DNA of 64,000 bases from positions 177,273-241,272 of the forward strand of contig JAKFEW010000160.1 in NCBI GenBank assembly GCA_036675505.1, given 5' to 3'. Below are positions 1 through 8,346 of this stretch, in pieces. Under the pieces are notes generated by a model, which made no database searches, was not told the DNA's origin, and saw only the letters and a program-made list of their open reading frames with translations. This stretch comes from Candidatus Sericytochromatia bacterium. Lineage in GTDB: Bacteria > Cyanobacteriota > Sericytochromatia > S15B-MN24 > JAQBPE01. Position numbers and translations under genes: made by a program. Positions within the stretch are counted from its first letter, which is position 1. Every line of letters starts with the position of its first letter.

Positions 1-2
1 TG

Positions 3-1406
3 GTGCGCGCCATCACGGGGCAGCTGGGCCTCGCGATCGCGCACCTGCGCCACCTGGACGAGACCCGGCAACGCGCCGAGCGCGACGGCCTCACGCGGCT
101 CGCCAACCACGCCCACCTGCGCCGTGAGCTATACGCGGAACATGAGCGCGTGCGGCGCTATGGGGGCTCCTACGCGCTGCTCCTGCTCGACGTCGACCAC
201 CTGGAGGCCGTGAACGAGGCCCGCGGCCGAACCTCGGGTGACGCCGTGCTACAGGCCGTCGCGGGCCTGCTGGACGCCCGCCGGCGCAGCTGCGACCTCG
301 CCGCACGCCGTGGCGGCGGCGAGTTCGCGCTGCTCTTGCCGCAGACCGACCAGTCAGGCGCCCGCCACATCGCCGAACGCCTGATGGCCGAGGTGCGCGC
401 GCTCGACGTGCGCGGCCCGGGCGGCGAGCCGATCGGGCCGATCGCGGCCACCGCGGGCTTCGCGGGCGTCAGCGAGAACGACGTCGATCCGCTCGCTTTG
501 CTCGCCCGCGCCGAGGCGTCGCTGGGCCGCGCCAAGGCCGAAGGCCAGGCCGTAGCCGCTGCGATCGCCGCCGCACCGGGTAGCACCTCCTCGGTGCCGG
601 ACGCCATCCGGGCCGGCCACGAAATGGCCGTGCGGCTGCCGGCCGCCCCGGGCGCCGCCTGCCGCACCAGCGACGAGGCCGCCGTGCTCGTGGCCCGCGA
701 GTTCGAGCGCCTCAAGGCCGATTTCCTCAGCACGGCCTCCCACGAGCTGCGCACGCCGCTCTCGGCCATTCTGGGCTACGCCGAGCTGCTCCAGGACAAC
801 CTCGTCGGCCCGCTCAACCAGGAACAGACGGACTTCGTCGCCCAGATCGAGTCGAACGCCCAGCGCCTGGTCGCCCTGGTCGAGGCGATGCTCGACGCCG
901 CGCGGCACGAACACGCGCCGATCGCCCTCGTGCACGCCGACATGGATCTCCAGGGCCTTTGCAGCGAGCTGATCGCGGCGCTCGAGCCGGCCGCCCGCCG
1001 CGCCCGCATCGAGCTGGCCTTCAACGGCCCGACCGGCGCGCTGGTGACCCGCGTGGACGCCCGCCGCATCCGCCAGGCCGTGGCCGCGTTGGTGGAGAAC
1101 GGCGTGAAGTTCACGCCGGAAGGCGGGCGCATCGAGCTGCGCCTGAGTCGGATGGGCGACAACGCGCGCATCGAGGTGGCGGACGACGGCATCGGCATCC
1201 CGCCGTCCGTGCAGTGCCAGCTGTTTCAGAAGTTCTACCAGGTGGACGGCGGCCCCACGCGCCTGCGCAACGGCGCCGGGCTGGGGCTGTACGTGGCGAA
1301 GGCGATCGTGGAGGCCCATGGCGGCGTGATCGGCGTGCAGAGCGAGTACGGGCTGGGCAGCACGTTCTGGATCACCCTGCCCGGCGTGTTGGCCCCGGTC
1401 GGCTAA
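3..1406 (+). CDS. GGDEF domain - histidine kinase fusion (HisKA + HATPase_c), 5' end outside window
   Basis: N-terminal half has a GGDEF-like fold (LLLLDVDHLEAVNE...RRGGGEFALLLPQTD), with GGGEF in place of canonical GGDEF/GGEEF. Then an H-box FLSTASHELRTPLSAILGYAELL, and an HATPase_c region with N/G boxes (GVKFTPEGG...GAGLGLYVAKAIVEAHGG). Continuous ORF from the window edge. Confidence 0.8.
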   Translation: MRAITGQLGLAIAHLRHLDETRQRAERDGLTRLANHAHLRRELYAEHERVRRYGGSYALLLLDVDHLEAVNEARGRTSGDAVLQAVAGLLDARRRSCDLAARRGGGEFALLLPQTDQSGARHIAERLMAEVRALDVRGPGGEPIGPIAATAGFAGVSENDVDPLALLARAEASLGRAKAEGQAVAAAIAAAPGSTSSVPDAIRAGHEMAVRLPAAPGAACRTSDEAAVLVAREFERLKADFLSTASHELRTPLSAILGYAELLQDNLVGPLNQEQTDFVAQIESNAQRLVALVEAMLDAARHEHAPIALVHADMDLQGLCSELIAALEPAARRARIELAFNGPTGALVTRVDARRIRQAVAALVENGVKFTPEGGRIELRLSRMGDNARIEVADDGIGIPPSVQCQLFQKFYQVDGGPTRLRNGAGLGLYVAKAIVEAHGGVIGVQSEYGLGSTFWITLPGVLAPVG

Positions 1407-2548
1407 CGCCGCTTCTTCTTGCCGAACCCGCTCCGCGCCACAGCTTCCGCGGGCTCACCAGCCGGCACGCCGCCCGTGAGCAAGTAGGCCAGCACGTCGG
1501 CCGCCGGGCCCTTGCTCGTCACCAGCGCCGCCACGCCCGCGGCCTCGAGGCGCACGCGCCAGGCCCGCTGGTGCTCCTCGCCGCCGATCACGAACACGCG
1601 CCGGTCCGCGGGCAGCCGTTCCAGCACCCAGCGTGCGAGCGGATCATCGGGGGCCGGCGGCGCGATCACCACCCAGGTCGCCGCGGCCCGCAGCGCATCG
1701 GCCGCCTGCTCCCAGGTCCGACGCAGCGGCGGCGGCAGCCAGTCCGACGTCTCGGTCGGCGCGACCAGCGGCCACGCGGGCCCGCCGCAAGTCGGGCAGG
1801 CCGCCACGATCGCGCCCGCGGCAGGCGCGGCCTCGCGACAGGCCTGGCAATAGGCCCAATCGAGCGCGCCGCCCAGGGTGAGCACCTCGATGCCGGCCGC
1901 CGGACCCGTCACCGGATCGCCGGTCAGCACCACCACGGGCCCCTGGCCGTCGAGGGCCTCCGTTAGCCCGGCCGGGCCCGGCAGGACGCCCGCGGTCACG
2001 GCCCGCAGGCCGGCGAAGAAGACGTCGGCCCAGGCCGGCTCACCGGCGGCCAGGCCCGCGGCGTCGGCGGCGAGGGCGAGCTGGGCGCGGGTGGCGATCG
2101 CCGCCAGCGAGAGCCCGTCGTCCAGCCAGGCGGCCAGGCGGCGGCGGCCCGCAGCGGCCGAGGCGGCGCCGGGTCGGGCCAGCCACAGGCGGAAGGCGTC
2201 CCGCAGCACGGGGTCCAGCAACGGGGAACGCCAGAGGTCGACGACCACGACGGCCGGACCACCGGGCGCGGCCTGTGCGGGCAGGCCGAGCACGCGGGCG
2301 TCGACGTCGAGCATCCGCGCGACCACCTCGCGCAACGCGTCCGCGAGCGCCGCCGGCAGCGCCTCGTGCTCGCCCGAACGCCGAACCAGCTCACGCCAGT
2401 CCGCGAGCCGCGCGAAAGGCGAGCCCCCCGCGAGCTGCTCGCCGAGGCGCGCGACGGCGTCGCCGAACATGCGCCAATCGGCCCGCTTGAGCGCGATCTC
2501 GAAGCGCCTGAGTACGATCTCCTCGTCGAAGACGTCGACCACCGACAA
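1403..2548 (-). CDS. hypothetical protein with CxxC...CxxC zinc-ribbon and Sir2-like C-terminal half
   Basis: 381-aa ORF with realistic composition. Motif LDWAYCQACRE...ACPTCGG followed by VVIAPPAPDD...RVFVIGGE resembles a degenerate Sir2/SIR2_2 zinc module. Immediately downstream of pilT on the same strand. Confidence 0.55.
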   Translation of the reverse strand: MSVVDVFDEEIVLRRFEIALKRADWRMFGDAVARLGEQLAGGSPFARLADWRELVRRSGEHEALPAALADALREVVARMLDVDARVLGLPAQAAPGGPAVVVVDLWRSPLLDPVLRDAFRLWLARPGAASAAAGRRRLAAWLDDGLSLAAIATRAQLALAADAAGLAAGEPAWADVFFAGLRAVTAGVLPGPAGLTEALDGQGPVVVLTGDPVTGPAAGIEVLTLGGALDWAYCQACREAAPAAGAIVAACPTCGGPAWPLVAPTETSDWLPPPLRRTWEQAADALRAAATWVVIAPPAPDDPLARWVLERLPADRRVFVIGGEEHQRAWRVRLEAAGVAALVTSKGPAADVLAYLLTGGVPAGEPAEAVARSGFGKKKRR

Positions 2549-2551
2549 GCG

Positions 2552-3634
2552 CTACTGCCCCAGGCCCGAACCGTGGAAGGCGCCGCGCATCATCCGCTGC
2601 AGCTCGTTGGGGTTGTCCGAGTAGGAGAGGGCATCATCCAGCGAGATGATTTCGTCCTGGTAGTAGCCGAAGATCGAGTTGTTCATCGACATCATGCCGT
2701 CCATCGAACCGCCCGCGATGATGTCGTAGCACTGGCCGATCTCGTTCTTCATGATGAGGTCCGAGACGGTCGGCGTGCCGATCAGGATTTCATGGCAGGC
2801 CACGCGACCGGGGCCGTCGGACCGCTGGATCAGGCGCTGCGCGATGCAGCCCTTGAGCACGACGGCGAGCTCGTGGCGAAGCGCCTCGCGCTCATGGGGC
2901 GGGAACGTGTTGAGAATTCGGTTGATCGTCTGGACCGAGTCGGTGGTGTGCAGGGTGGAGAGCACCAGGTGGCCGGTTTCCGCGGCCTTCATGGCCGACA
3001 GGATCGTCTCCTGGTCGCGCATCTCACCGATCAGGATGACGTCGGGGTCCTGACGCAGGGCGTACTTGAGTGCCGTAGGGAAGTCGCGCGTGTCGGTGCC
3101 GAGCTCGCGCTGGGTGACGATAGACTTCTTGTTGGAGTAGTAGAACTCGATCGGGTCCTCGATCGTGACGATGTGGACGTCTTTCGTGGTGTTGATGAAG
3201 TCCATCATGGCGGCGAGCGTGGTCGACTTGCCCGAGCCGGTGGGCCCGGTCACCAGGACGAGGCCTTGCCGCTCCAGCGCCAGCTTCTTCAGCACCGGCG
3301 GCAGGTTCAGCTCATCCATCGGGATCGGCTCCATCGGGATGACGCGGAGCGCCGCGCCCACCGCGCCCTGCTCGGAGTACACGTTCATGCGGAAGCGGGC
3401 CAGGCCGTCGATCATCAACGACATGTCCATTTCCTTGTTCTTCTCGAAGCGCTCGCGCTGCTCGGAGCTCATGATCGCGTAGAGCGATTGACGGGCCTCG
3501 TCCGCGCTCAGCGGCCGGTACTCTGTCGGCACGATGCGCCCGTCGATGCGGAGCATCGGCGGGCTGCCCGTCTTGATGTGGATGTCCGAGGCGCCCTTCT
3601 GGACGGCCACGCGCAGGAAGTCGAGAATATGCAT
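2552..3634 (-). CDS. pilT: type IV pilus retraction ATPase PilT
   Basis: Walker A GPTGSGKSTT, secretion-ATPase core (DPIEF, LIGEMRD, HLVLSTLHT), and C-terminal PilT-specific AIRNLIRE-like region (GTPTVSDLIMKNEIGQ). Length 360 aa. Confidence 0.92.
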   Translation of the reverse strand: MHILDFLRVAVQKGASDIHIKTGSPPMLRIDGRIVPTEYRPLSADEARQSLYAIMSSEQRERFEKNKEMDMSLMIDGLARFRMNVYSEQGAVGAALRVIPMEPIPMDELNLPPVLKKLALERQGLVLVTGPTGSGKSTTLAAMMDFINTTKDVHIVTIEDPIEFYYSNKKSIVTQRELGTDTRDFPTALKYALRQDPDVILIGEMRDQETILSAMKAAETGHLVLSTLHTTDSVQTINRILNTFPPHEREALRHELAVVLKGCIAQRLIQRSDGPGRVACHEILIGTPTVSDLIMKNEIGQCYDIIAGGSMDGMMSMNNSIFGYYQDEIISLDDALSYSDNPNELQRMMRGAFHGSGLGQ

Positions 3635-3659
3635 GGGGGCGGGCTTTCCAGTCTTCCGA

Positions 3660-4226
3660 TCAGTGCTGAGTGGAGGCGCTCTGGGGCTGTTGGGTCGCCG
3701 AGGCCGCCTGGGCGAGGGGCAGGCCGACCATACGCCCGAGCGCGCGGTTGATCTCGAGCAGGTTGCGCACCTTGTCGAGGTCGGCCGCTTCGGCGACCCA
3801 GGTCTCGACGTTGGCGCCGCGATCGTTGGCGAAGTGGACCTCGAGCTTGACCCGGTTGGGCACGAAGTCGGCCGCCTTAATGTCTTCCAGCTCTTCCATC
3901 GGCGGCGCCGGGTACTCCACCTTGATCTCGGAGATCACGTGGATGCGCTTCTTCACCGCCATGTGGGTCTTCGGATAGAAGTTGATGCGGATGAAGAAGG
4001 CCGTGGTCACCAGCACGACGTCGACCGAGTAGTAGGTGAATTCCTTCTCCTCGGTCGCGCCGGACGTCTCGACGAGCGCGTAGCAGACCAGGATGCGGTC
4101 CTGCGGGTGCACGAGGTCGCGCACGGTCTGGATCAGCACCTGCCCGATGAAAGGCGTCTGCCCCGCTATGTGGAGGAGCTCGTTCAGCTTGGGATGACCG
4201 TACGAGGCGGCGGTTCCGGTGCTCAT
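3660..4226 (-). CDS. hypothetical protein
   Basis: 188-aa ORF, good GC3 bias, GGAGGAGC RBS upstream of the ATG. Sits between serS and pilT on the same strand. No recognisable motif. Confidence 0.6.
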   Translation of the reverse strand: MSTGTAASYGHPKLNELLHIAGQTPFIGQVLIQTVRDLVHPQDRILVCYALVETSGATEEKEFTYYSVDVVLVTTAFFIRINFYPKTHMAVKKRIHVISEIKVEYPAPPMEELEDIKAADFVPNRVKLEVHFANDRGANVETWVAEAADLDKVRNLLEINRALGRMVGLPLAQAASATQQPQSASTQH

Positions 4227-4274
4227 CGTGCTCCTCCGTGGGCTATGTATCGGCTGGAAGCTGGTCGGGACCGG

Positions 4275-5561
4275 CTATTCCGGCTTCGCCGCCCCGATCT
4301 TTTCTACCCCGCCCATATAGGGCCTTAACGCCTCGGGCACGCGGATGGAGCCGTCCGCCTCCTGGTAGTTCTCGAAGATGGCCGCGACCGTGCGGCCCAC
4401 CGCCAGCCCCGAGCCGTTCAGGGTGTGCGGGAACGTGAGCTTGCCGTCCTTGTCGCGGAAGCGCATGTTGCCGCGCCGCGCCTGGAAGTCCGTGCAGTTC
4501 GAACAGCTCGAAATTTCGCGGTACTTGCCCTGCGACGGGAACCAGACCTCGAGGTCGTAGGTCTTCGCCGCGTTGAAGCCGGTGTCGCCCGAGCTGAGCA
4601 GCACCACCCGGTAAGGCAGGCCGAGGCGTCGAAGGATCGCCTCCGCGTTGCCGACCATCGTCTCGAGCTCGTCGAAGCTGCTCGCGGGCGGCACGATCTT
4701 CACCATCTCGACCTTGTCGAACTGGTGGACGCGGATCATGCCCTTGGTATCCTTGCCTGCGGCGCCCGCCTCCGAGCGGAAGCAGGGCGTGCCGGCCGTG
4801 AAGTACATCGGCAGCAGCGCCTCGTCGAAGATCTCGTCGCGGTAGATGTTGGTGAGCGGCACCTCGGCGGTGGGGATCAGGTAGTACTTGGTGTCCGCGA
4901 GGTGGAACAGCTGGTCCGCGAACTTGGGCAAATTGCCGTTCGCCGTGAGCGTCTCCTCGTTGGCGATGTAGGGCGGCTGAATTTCGGTGTAGCCGTGCTC
5001 GCCGGTGTGCATGTCCAACATGAGATTCAGGACCGCGCGCTCCATGCGGGCGGCCAGGCCCTTCATCAGCACGAAGCGCGAGCCGGCGAGCTTCGTGGCG
5101 CGCTCGAAGTCGAGCAGCCCGAGCGCCTCGCCGAGTTCGTGGTGGGGCCTGGCCACGAAGCCCTCGGGCTGCTTCGCCTCGCCCCAGGCGCGGACCTCGA
5201 CGTTGTCGCTCTCGTCCGTGCCGTCCGGGACGCCCGCGTCGAGGAGGTTGGGGATCGTCAGCATGAACTGCGAGCGCTGCGCCTCGATCGAGGCCTGGTC
5301 CGCTTCCAACGACTTGAGGTCGTCGCCCAGCCGCTTCATGTCCGTGAGGATCGCGGTCGCGTCCTGGCCCGATTTCTTGAGCTTCGCGATCTCCTGGGAG
5401 GCCGTGTTCCGCTCGGCGCGCAGCGCATCGAGCCGGGTCTGGGTTTCGCGGAAGCGCGTGTCGAGCGCCTGCAGCTCGCCGAGGTCGACGCCGCTGTGGC
5501 GACGGCGAAGGCTTTCGACGACCTTTTCGGGTTCCTGGCGGATGACGCGGATGTCGAGCAT
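4275..5561 (-). CDS. serS: seryl-tRNA synthetase
   Basis: N-terminal coiled-coil arm (MLDIRVIRQEPEKVVESLRRR...), class II aaRS motifs (FRSEAGAAGKDTKGMIRVHQFDKVEMV; GSGLAVGRTVAAIFENYQ). 428 aa. Confidence 0.95.
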   Translation of the reverse strand: MLDIRVIRQEPEKVVESLRRRHSGVDLGELQALDTRFRETQTRLDALRAERNTASQEIAKLKKSGQDATAILTDMKRLGDDLKSLEADQASIEAQRSQFMLTIPNLLDAGVPDGTDESDNVEVRAWGEAKQPEGFVARPHHELGEALGLLDFERATKLAGSRFVLMKGLAARMERAVLNLMLDMHTGEHGYTEIQPPYIANEETLTANGNLPKFADQLFHLADTKYYLIPTAEVPLTNIYRDEIFDEALLPMYFTAGTPCFRSEAGAAGKDTKGMIRVHQFDKVEMVKIVPPASSFDELETMVGNAEAILRRLGLPYRVVLLSSGDTGFNAAKTYDLEVWFPSQGKYREISSCSNCTDFQARRGNMRFRDKDGKLTFPHTLNGSGLAVGRTVAAIFENYQEADGSIRVPEALRPYMGGVEKIGAAKPE

Positions 5562-5687
5562 TGAATCCTCACTTGGTGTGCGTGAGCGGCATGATACCGC
5601 ACGAGGTTGCTGAAGCCGAGAGGCCGGGCCCCATAGGGACCCGGCGCCTCGGCTTGCGTTCAGGAGGAGGAGCGGAAAACTCGTCGC

Positions 5688-6368
5688 TTACCAGATCTGC
5701 AGCTGCTTGGGCTGGTTGATGGTGATCTGCTGGTGCGAGATGGAGATGATGCCTTCGTCCTGGAGCCGGTTGAGCGCGCGGGTCACCGTCTCGCGGGAGG
5801 AGCCGACCATGTTGGCGAGGTCCTGGTGGGTCATCTTGAGGTTGATCAGCACCTTGGCGCCGATCGGGCGACCCTCCACCTCGGCGAGGTTCTTGAGGGT
5901 GCTGGCGACGCGCTCGTGGACGTCCTTGAACGCGAGATCCTCGACCTGCTGGTTCACGAGACGGATGCGGCGGGTCAGGTCACGCATGATCTTGAGCGCG
6001 ATGGTCGGATGCTCGATGATGAGGCGCTCGAAGTCGCGCTTGGCGAGCGTGTAAACCACGGCCTGCTCGTCGAGCACCTCGGCCGTCGCCGAGCGCGGCT
6101 GCTCGTCGAAGATGGCCATCTCGCCGAAGAACTCGCCGGGCTGCATCAGCGCCAGGGTCTTCTCGCGGCCGTCTTCGGTGATCTTCGAGATCTTCACCCG
6201 GCCCGACTTGAGGATGTAGAGCGTGTCGCCCCGGTCACCCTCGTGAAAAATGATGCTCTTCTTGGGGAAGTTCTTTTCCTGCGTGATGGTCGAAATCCGC
6301 TCAAGGGAATCCTGTCCGACCCCGCTGAAAATCGAAACGCGCTGCAAGAAGACGAGGCTGTTTCCCAT
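5688..6368 (-). CDS. Crp/Fnr family transcriptional regulator (cNMP-binding + HTH)
   Basis: cNMP-binding beta-barrel (IFHEGDRGDTLYILKSGRVKI...GEFFGEMAIF) and C-terminal HTH (THQDLANMVGSSRETVTRALNRL). 226 aa. Confidence 0.9.
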   Translation of the reverse strand: MGNSLVFLQRVSIFSGVGQDSLERISTITQEKNFPKKSIIFHEGDRGDTLYILKSGRVKISKITEDGREKTLALMQPGEFFGEMAIFDEQPRSATAEVLDEQAVVYTLAKRDFERLIIEHPTIALKIMRDLTRRIRLVNQQVEDLAFKDVHERVASTLKNLAEVEGRPIGAKVLINLKMTHQDLANMVGSSRETVTRALNRLQDEGIISISHQQITINQPKQLQIW

Positions 6369-6526
6369 CGGAGGTAGTGCTCCCTTGTCGGTGGAATCGG
6401 GTCCACGCTGGCCCGATCAGGACGTGTGCAGCCCCTCACATGGCGGCGTCAGGCGGCTTCGCCCGCGCTCGGCTGGTGCATGTCGAGGTAACATAATCAG
6501 AGTAGCGGCGATTATATCACGGGGGC

Positions 6527-6542
6527 TGTGACGGAAATCATA
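6527..6542. promoter_or_regulatory. CRP-like box TGTGA-N6-TCATA in the crp-family gene upstream region
   Basis: tgtgacggaaatcata, one mismatch from TGTGA-N6-TCACA. Lies in the AT-rich 360-bp region upstream of the Crp/Fnr gene, so autoregulation is possible. Confidence 0.25.
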
Positions 6543-6687
6543 ACGCCGAATTTCATGCCATGCGCCTGGAAAATTCGCTGCCGTGCCGATCGCAAGCGTT
6601 CGCGCAACAATACTTTAAATGTGATCGACGCCGGGTCCCTCAAGACCCGGCGCCGCTGCCAGTAGCCAAGCATAGCATGAAAATAAG

Positions 6688-6716
6688 GCGCCCGGCCGCT
6701 TTCGCGGCCGGGCGTC
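6688..6716 (-). terminator. rho-independent terminator candidate after the 6730-7431 gene
   Basis: Perfect 10-bp stem GCCCGGCCGC-TTTC-GCGGCCGGGC. On the minus strand it is followed by TTATTTTCAT. Confidence 0.5.
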
Positions 6717-6729
6717 GGGATTGGGCGCG

Positions 6730-7431
6730 TTAGGCGAGCATCGACGCGACCTTGGCCTTGGCGCTGTTGTAGAACGAGGTCTTCTTGAGCACGCCGTCGG
6801 CGAGCATGTAGCCGGCGATGCCGAGGCCGATGCCGGCGAGGGTGAGCGGCAGGCCGGTGCCGAGGATGCCGGCGAGCGCGAAGGTGCCGAGCGCGGAGGC
6901 CGCGCCGCCCGCAGCGCCGCCGACCACGGCGGACATGAGGTCGCCGGTGACTTCGCCGCCGGCCTGGCCCACGGTCGACTGCTTGGCGTAGACTTTGTAG
7001 CCGTTGATGGCGAGCGAGAACAGGCCGTTGAAGATGACCGAGGTCTTGATGGCGCCGAGGATCGAGCCGAACATCGCGCTGCGGCCGGCCTCGCCGGCGC
7101 GCGCCGCGGTCGCCGCGGACTTGGACTTCTTCGCCTTGAGGAAGAACTCCTTGGCTTCCCGAATCTTGCTGACGGCGGCCTTGCCGGGCGCGATGCCGGC
7201 GCCGTAAGGCGCGGCGCTCACGGCGCTCTGGATGTAGGAGTCGTAGCCCTGGGTGTTGCCGTAGGCGGGCGCGTTGTTCACCGGCACGGTGACGGGCGCG
7301 GGCCACGGGTTGGTCGCGGCGGAGCCGGCGGGGTAGGGCATGCCGGGCGGCGGCGGCGGCGGAGGGGCCACCGGGGGCGCCGGGGGCATCGTGGTGGTGG
7401 CGTAGTATCCGTTGACGCCGAAGTTGCTCAT
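6730..7431 (-). CDS. hypothetical protein, Pro-rich N-terminus and glycine-zipper C-terminus
   Basis: 233 aa. PPAPPVAPPPPPPPGMPYP low-complexity N-terminus, then a Gly-zipper membrane segment GILGTGLPLTLAGIGLGIAGYML. GC3 strongly biased in this frame. Overlapping + and - ORFs are Arg/Gly junk. Confidence 0.6.
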   Translation of the reverse strand: MSNFGVNGYYATTTMPPAPPVAPPPPPPPGMPYPAGSAATNPWPAPVTVPVNNAPAYGNTQGYDSYIQSAVSAAPYGAGIAPGKAAVSKIREAKEFFLKAKKSKSAATAARAGEAGRSAMFGSILGAIKTSVIFNGLFSLAINGYKVYAKQSTVGQAGGEVTGDLMSAVVGGAAGGAASALGTFALAGILGTGLPLTLAGIGLGIAGYMLADGVLKKTSFYNSAKAKVASMLA

Positions 7432-7602
7432 CGCTTCCTCCTAGCACCGACCCTCTCTCGGGGCCCGCTGTGAGATCGTTATCGCGGCCCCGCCCCCAAA
7501 TCCGGTAAAGGGCGTATTAATCCTTTCCGAAGATTGGCTAAAGATCGCGCCACGCGCGGATGACAGATCGTTGACGCCTGCCGATCGGCGCCTGAAGCCA
7601 AA

Positions 7603-7628
7603 AAGGGCCCTCCGCGCATGCGCGGAGG
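7603..7628 (-). terminator. rho-independent terminator of the 7652-8164 lipoprotein gene
   Basis: Perfect 26-bp palindrome GGCCCTCCGCGCA|TGCGCGGAGGGCC. On the minus strand it is followed by CTTTTTGGCTTC, 24 nt after the stop codon. Confidence 0.6.
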
Positions 7629-7651
7629 GCCAGCGCCGAAGCGCAGCGGAC

Positions 7652-8164
7652 CTAGAACTGGATGTCGCTCACTTCGCCGGCCTTCACGGTGGCGTTCACG
7701 GTCTTGCGGGCGTAGACGCCCATCGCCTTGTTGTAGCGCACGAGGATCAGCTGGTAATCGCCGGGCTCGAGGTTCTCGGCCACCGCGGCGATGGTGGTGC
7801 CCACCAGCTCGTCCTTGTCCCAAACCTTGGAGAAATGGCTCTCTTCTTCCTTCACGACCGCGACGCTGATCGCGCCGGTGGAGCTCGTCACGCCCTTGAT
7901 CGAGATGGCCGTGCGGATGTGGCCCTTGCCGGCCTCGGGGGCGGCCGCCGCCGGCATCGTGAACGGCGCAGGGGCGTCGCCCTCCGCGTACACGCGGCCG
8001 TCGACGATCACGGGCTTGGTCTTCGGCGCGCCGCGGTTGGGCACGTAGGGCACCGCACGCTCTTCTTCCGTGAACAGCTCGTCGGCGCCGGGCGCGCGGC
8101 CGCAGGCCGTCGTAACGCCTGTGGTCAGGACGATCAGGGAAGCTGCGAGCAAGCGGGTGATCAT
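7652..8164 (-). CDS. hypothetical lipoprotein
   Basis: Signal peptide MITRLLAASLIVLTTGVTTAC (lipobox-like), 170 aa, realistic composition, good GC3. Confidence 0.65.
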   Translation of the reverse strand: MITRLLAASLIVLTTGVTTACGRAPGADELFTEEERAVPYVPNRGAPKTKPVIVDGRVYAEGDAPAPFTMPAAAAPEAGKGHIRTAISIKGVTSSTGAISVAVVKEEESHFSKVWDKDELVGTTIAAVAENLEPGDYQLILVRYNKAMGVYARKTVNATVKAGEVSDIQF

Positions 8165-8278
8165 GGGAAACGGGCCTCCGGTGGACGATGTATCTGGGCT
8201 TGGAGTACCTATCGCCTGCGAATGGCCACCTTCTGCGTTCCTTTACGGAATCATGACGTGATCTTAACAACCGGATCG

Positions 8279-8342
8279 GCGCCATCATGAAGGTGGGCCG
8301 GGCACCGCGATCGCGGTGCCCGGCCCACCTTCATGATGGCGC
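8279..8342. repeat. perfect 64-bp palindrome (32-bp arms) centred on GCGATCGC
   Basis: gcgccatcatgaaggtgggccgggcaccgcgatc | gatcgcggtgcccggcccaccttcatgatggcgc. The right arm is the exact reverse complement of the left. Starts 5 nt after the BON gene stop. Confidence 0.8.
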
Positions 8343-8346
8343 TACG

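Noticed and set aside
6512-7473. Alternative ORFs overlapping 6730-7431 (311 aa minus, 250 aa plus)
   Set aside because: Both are dominated by Arg/Gly/His/Asp runs. The 233-aa minus-strand frame has mixed composition (K, F, Y, N, S) and consistent GC3 bias, so it was chosen.
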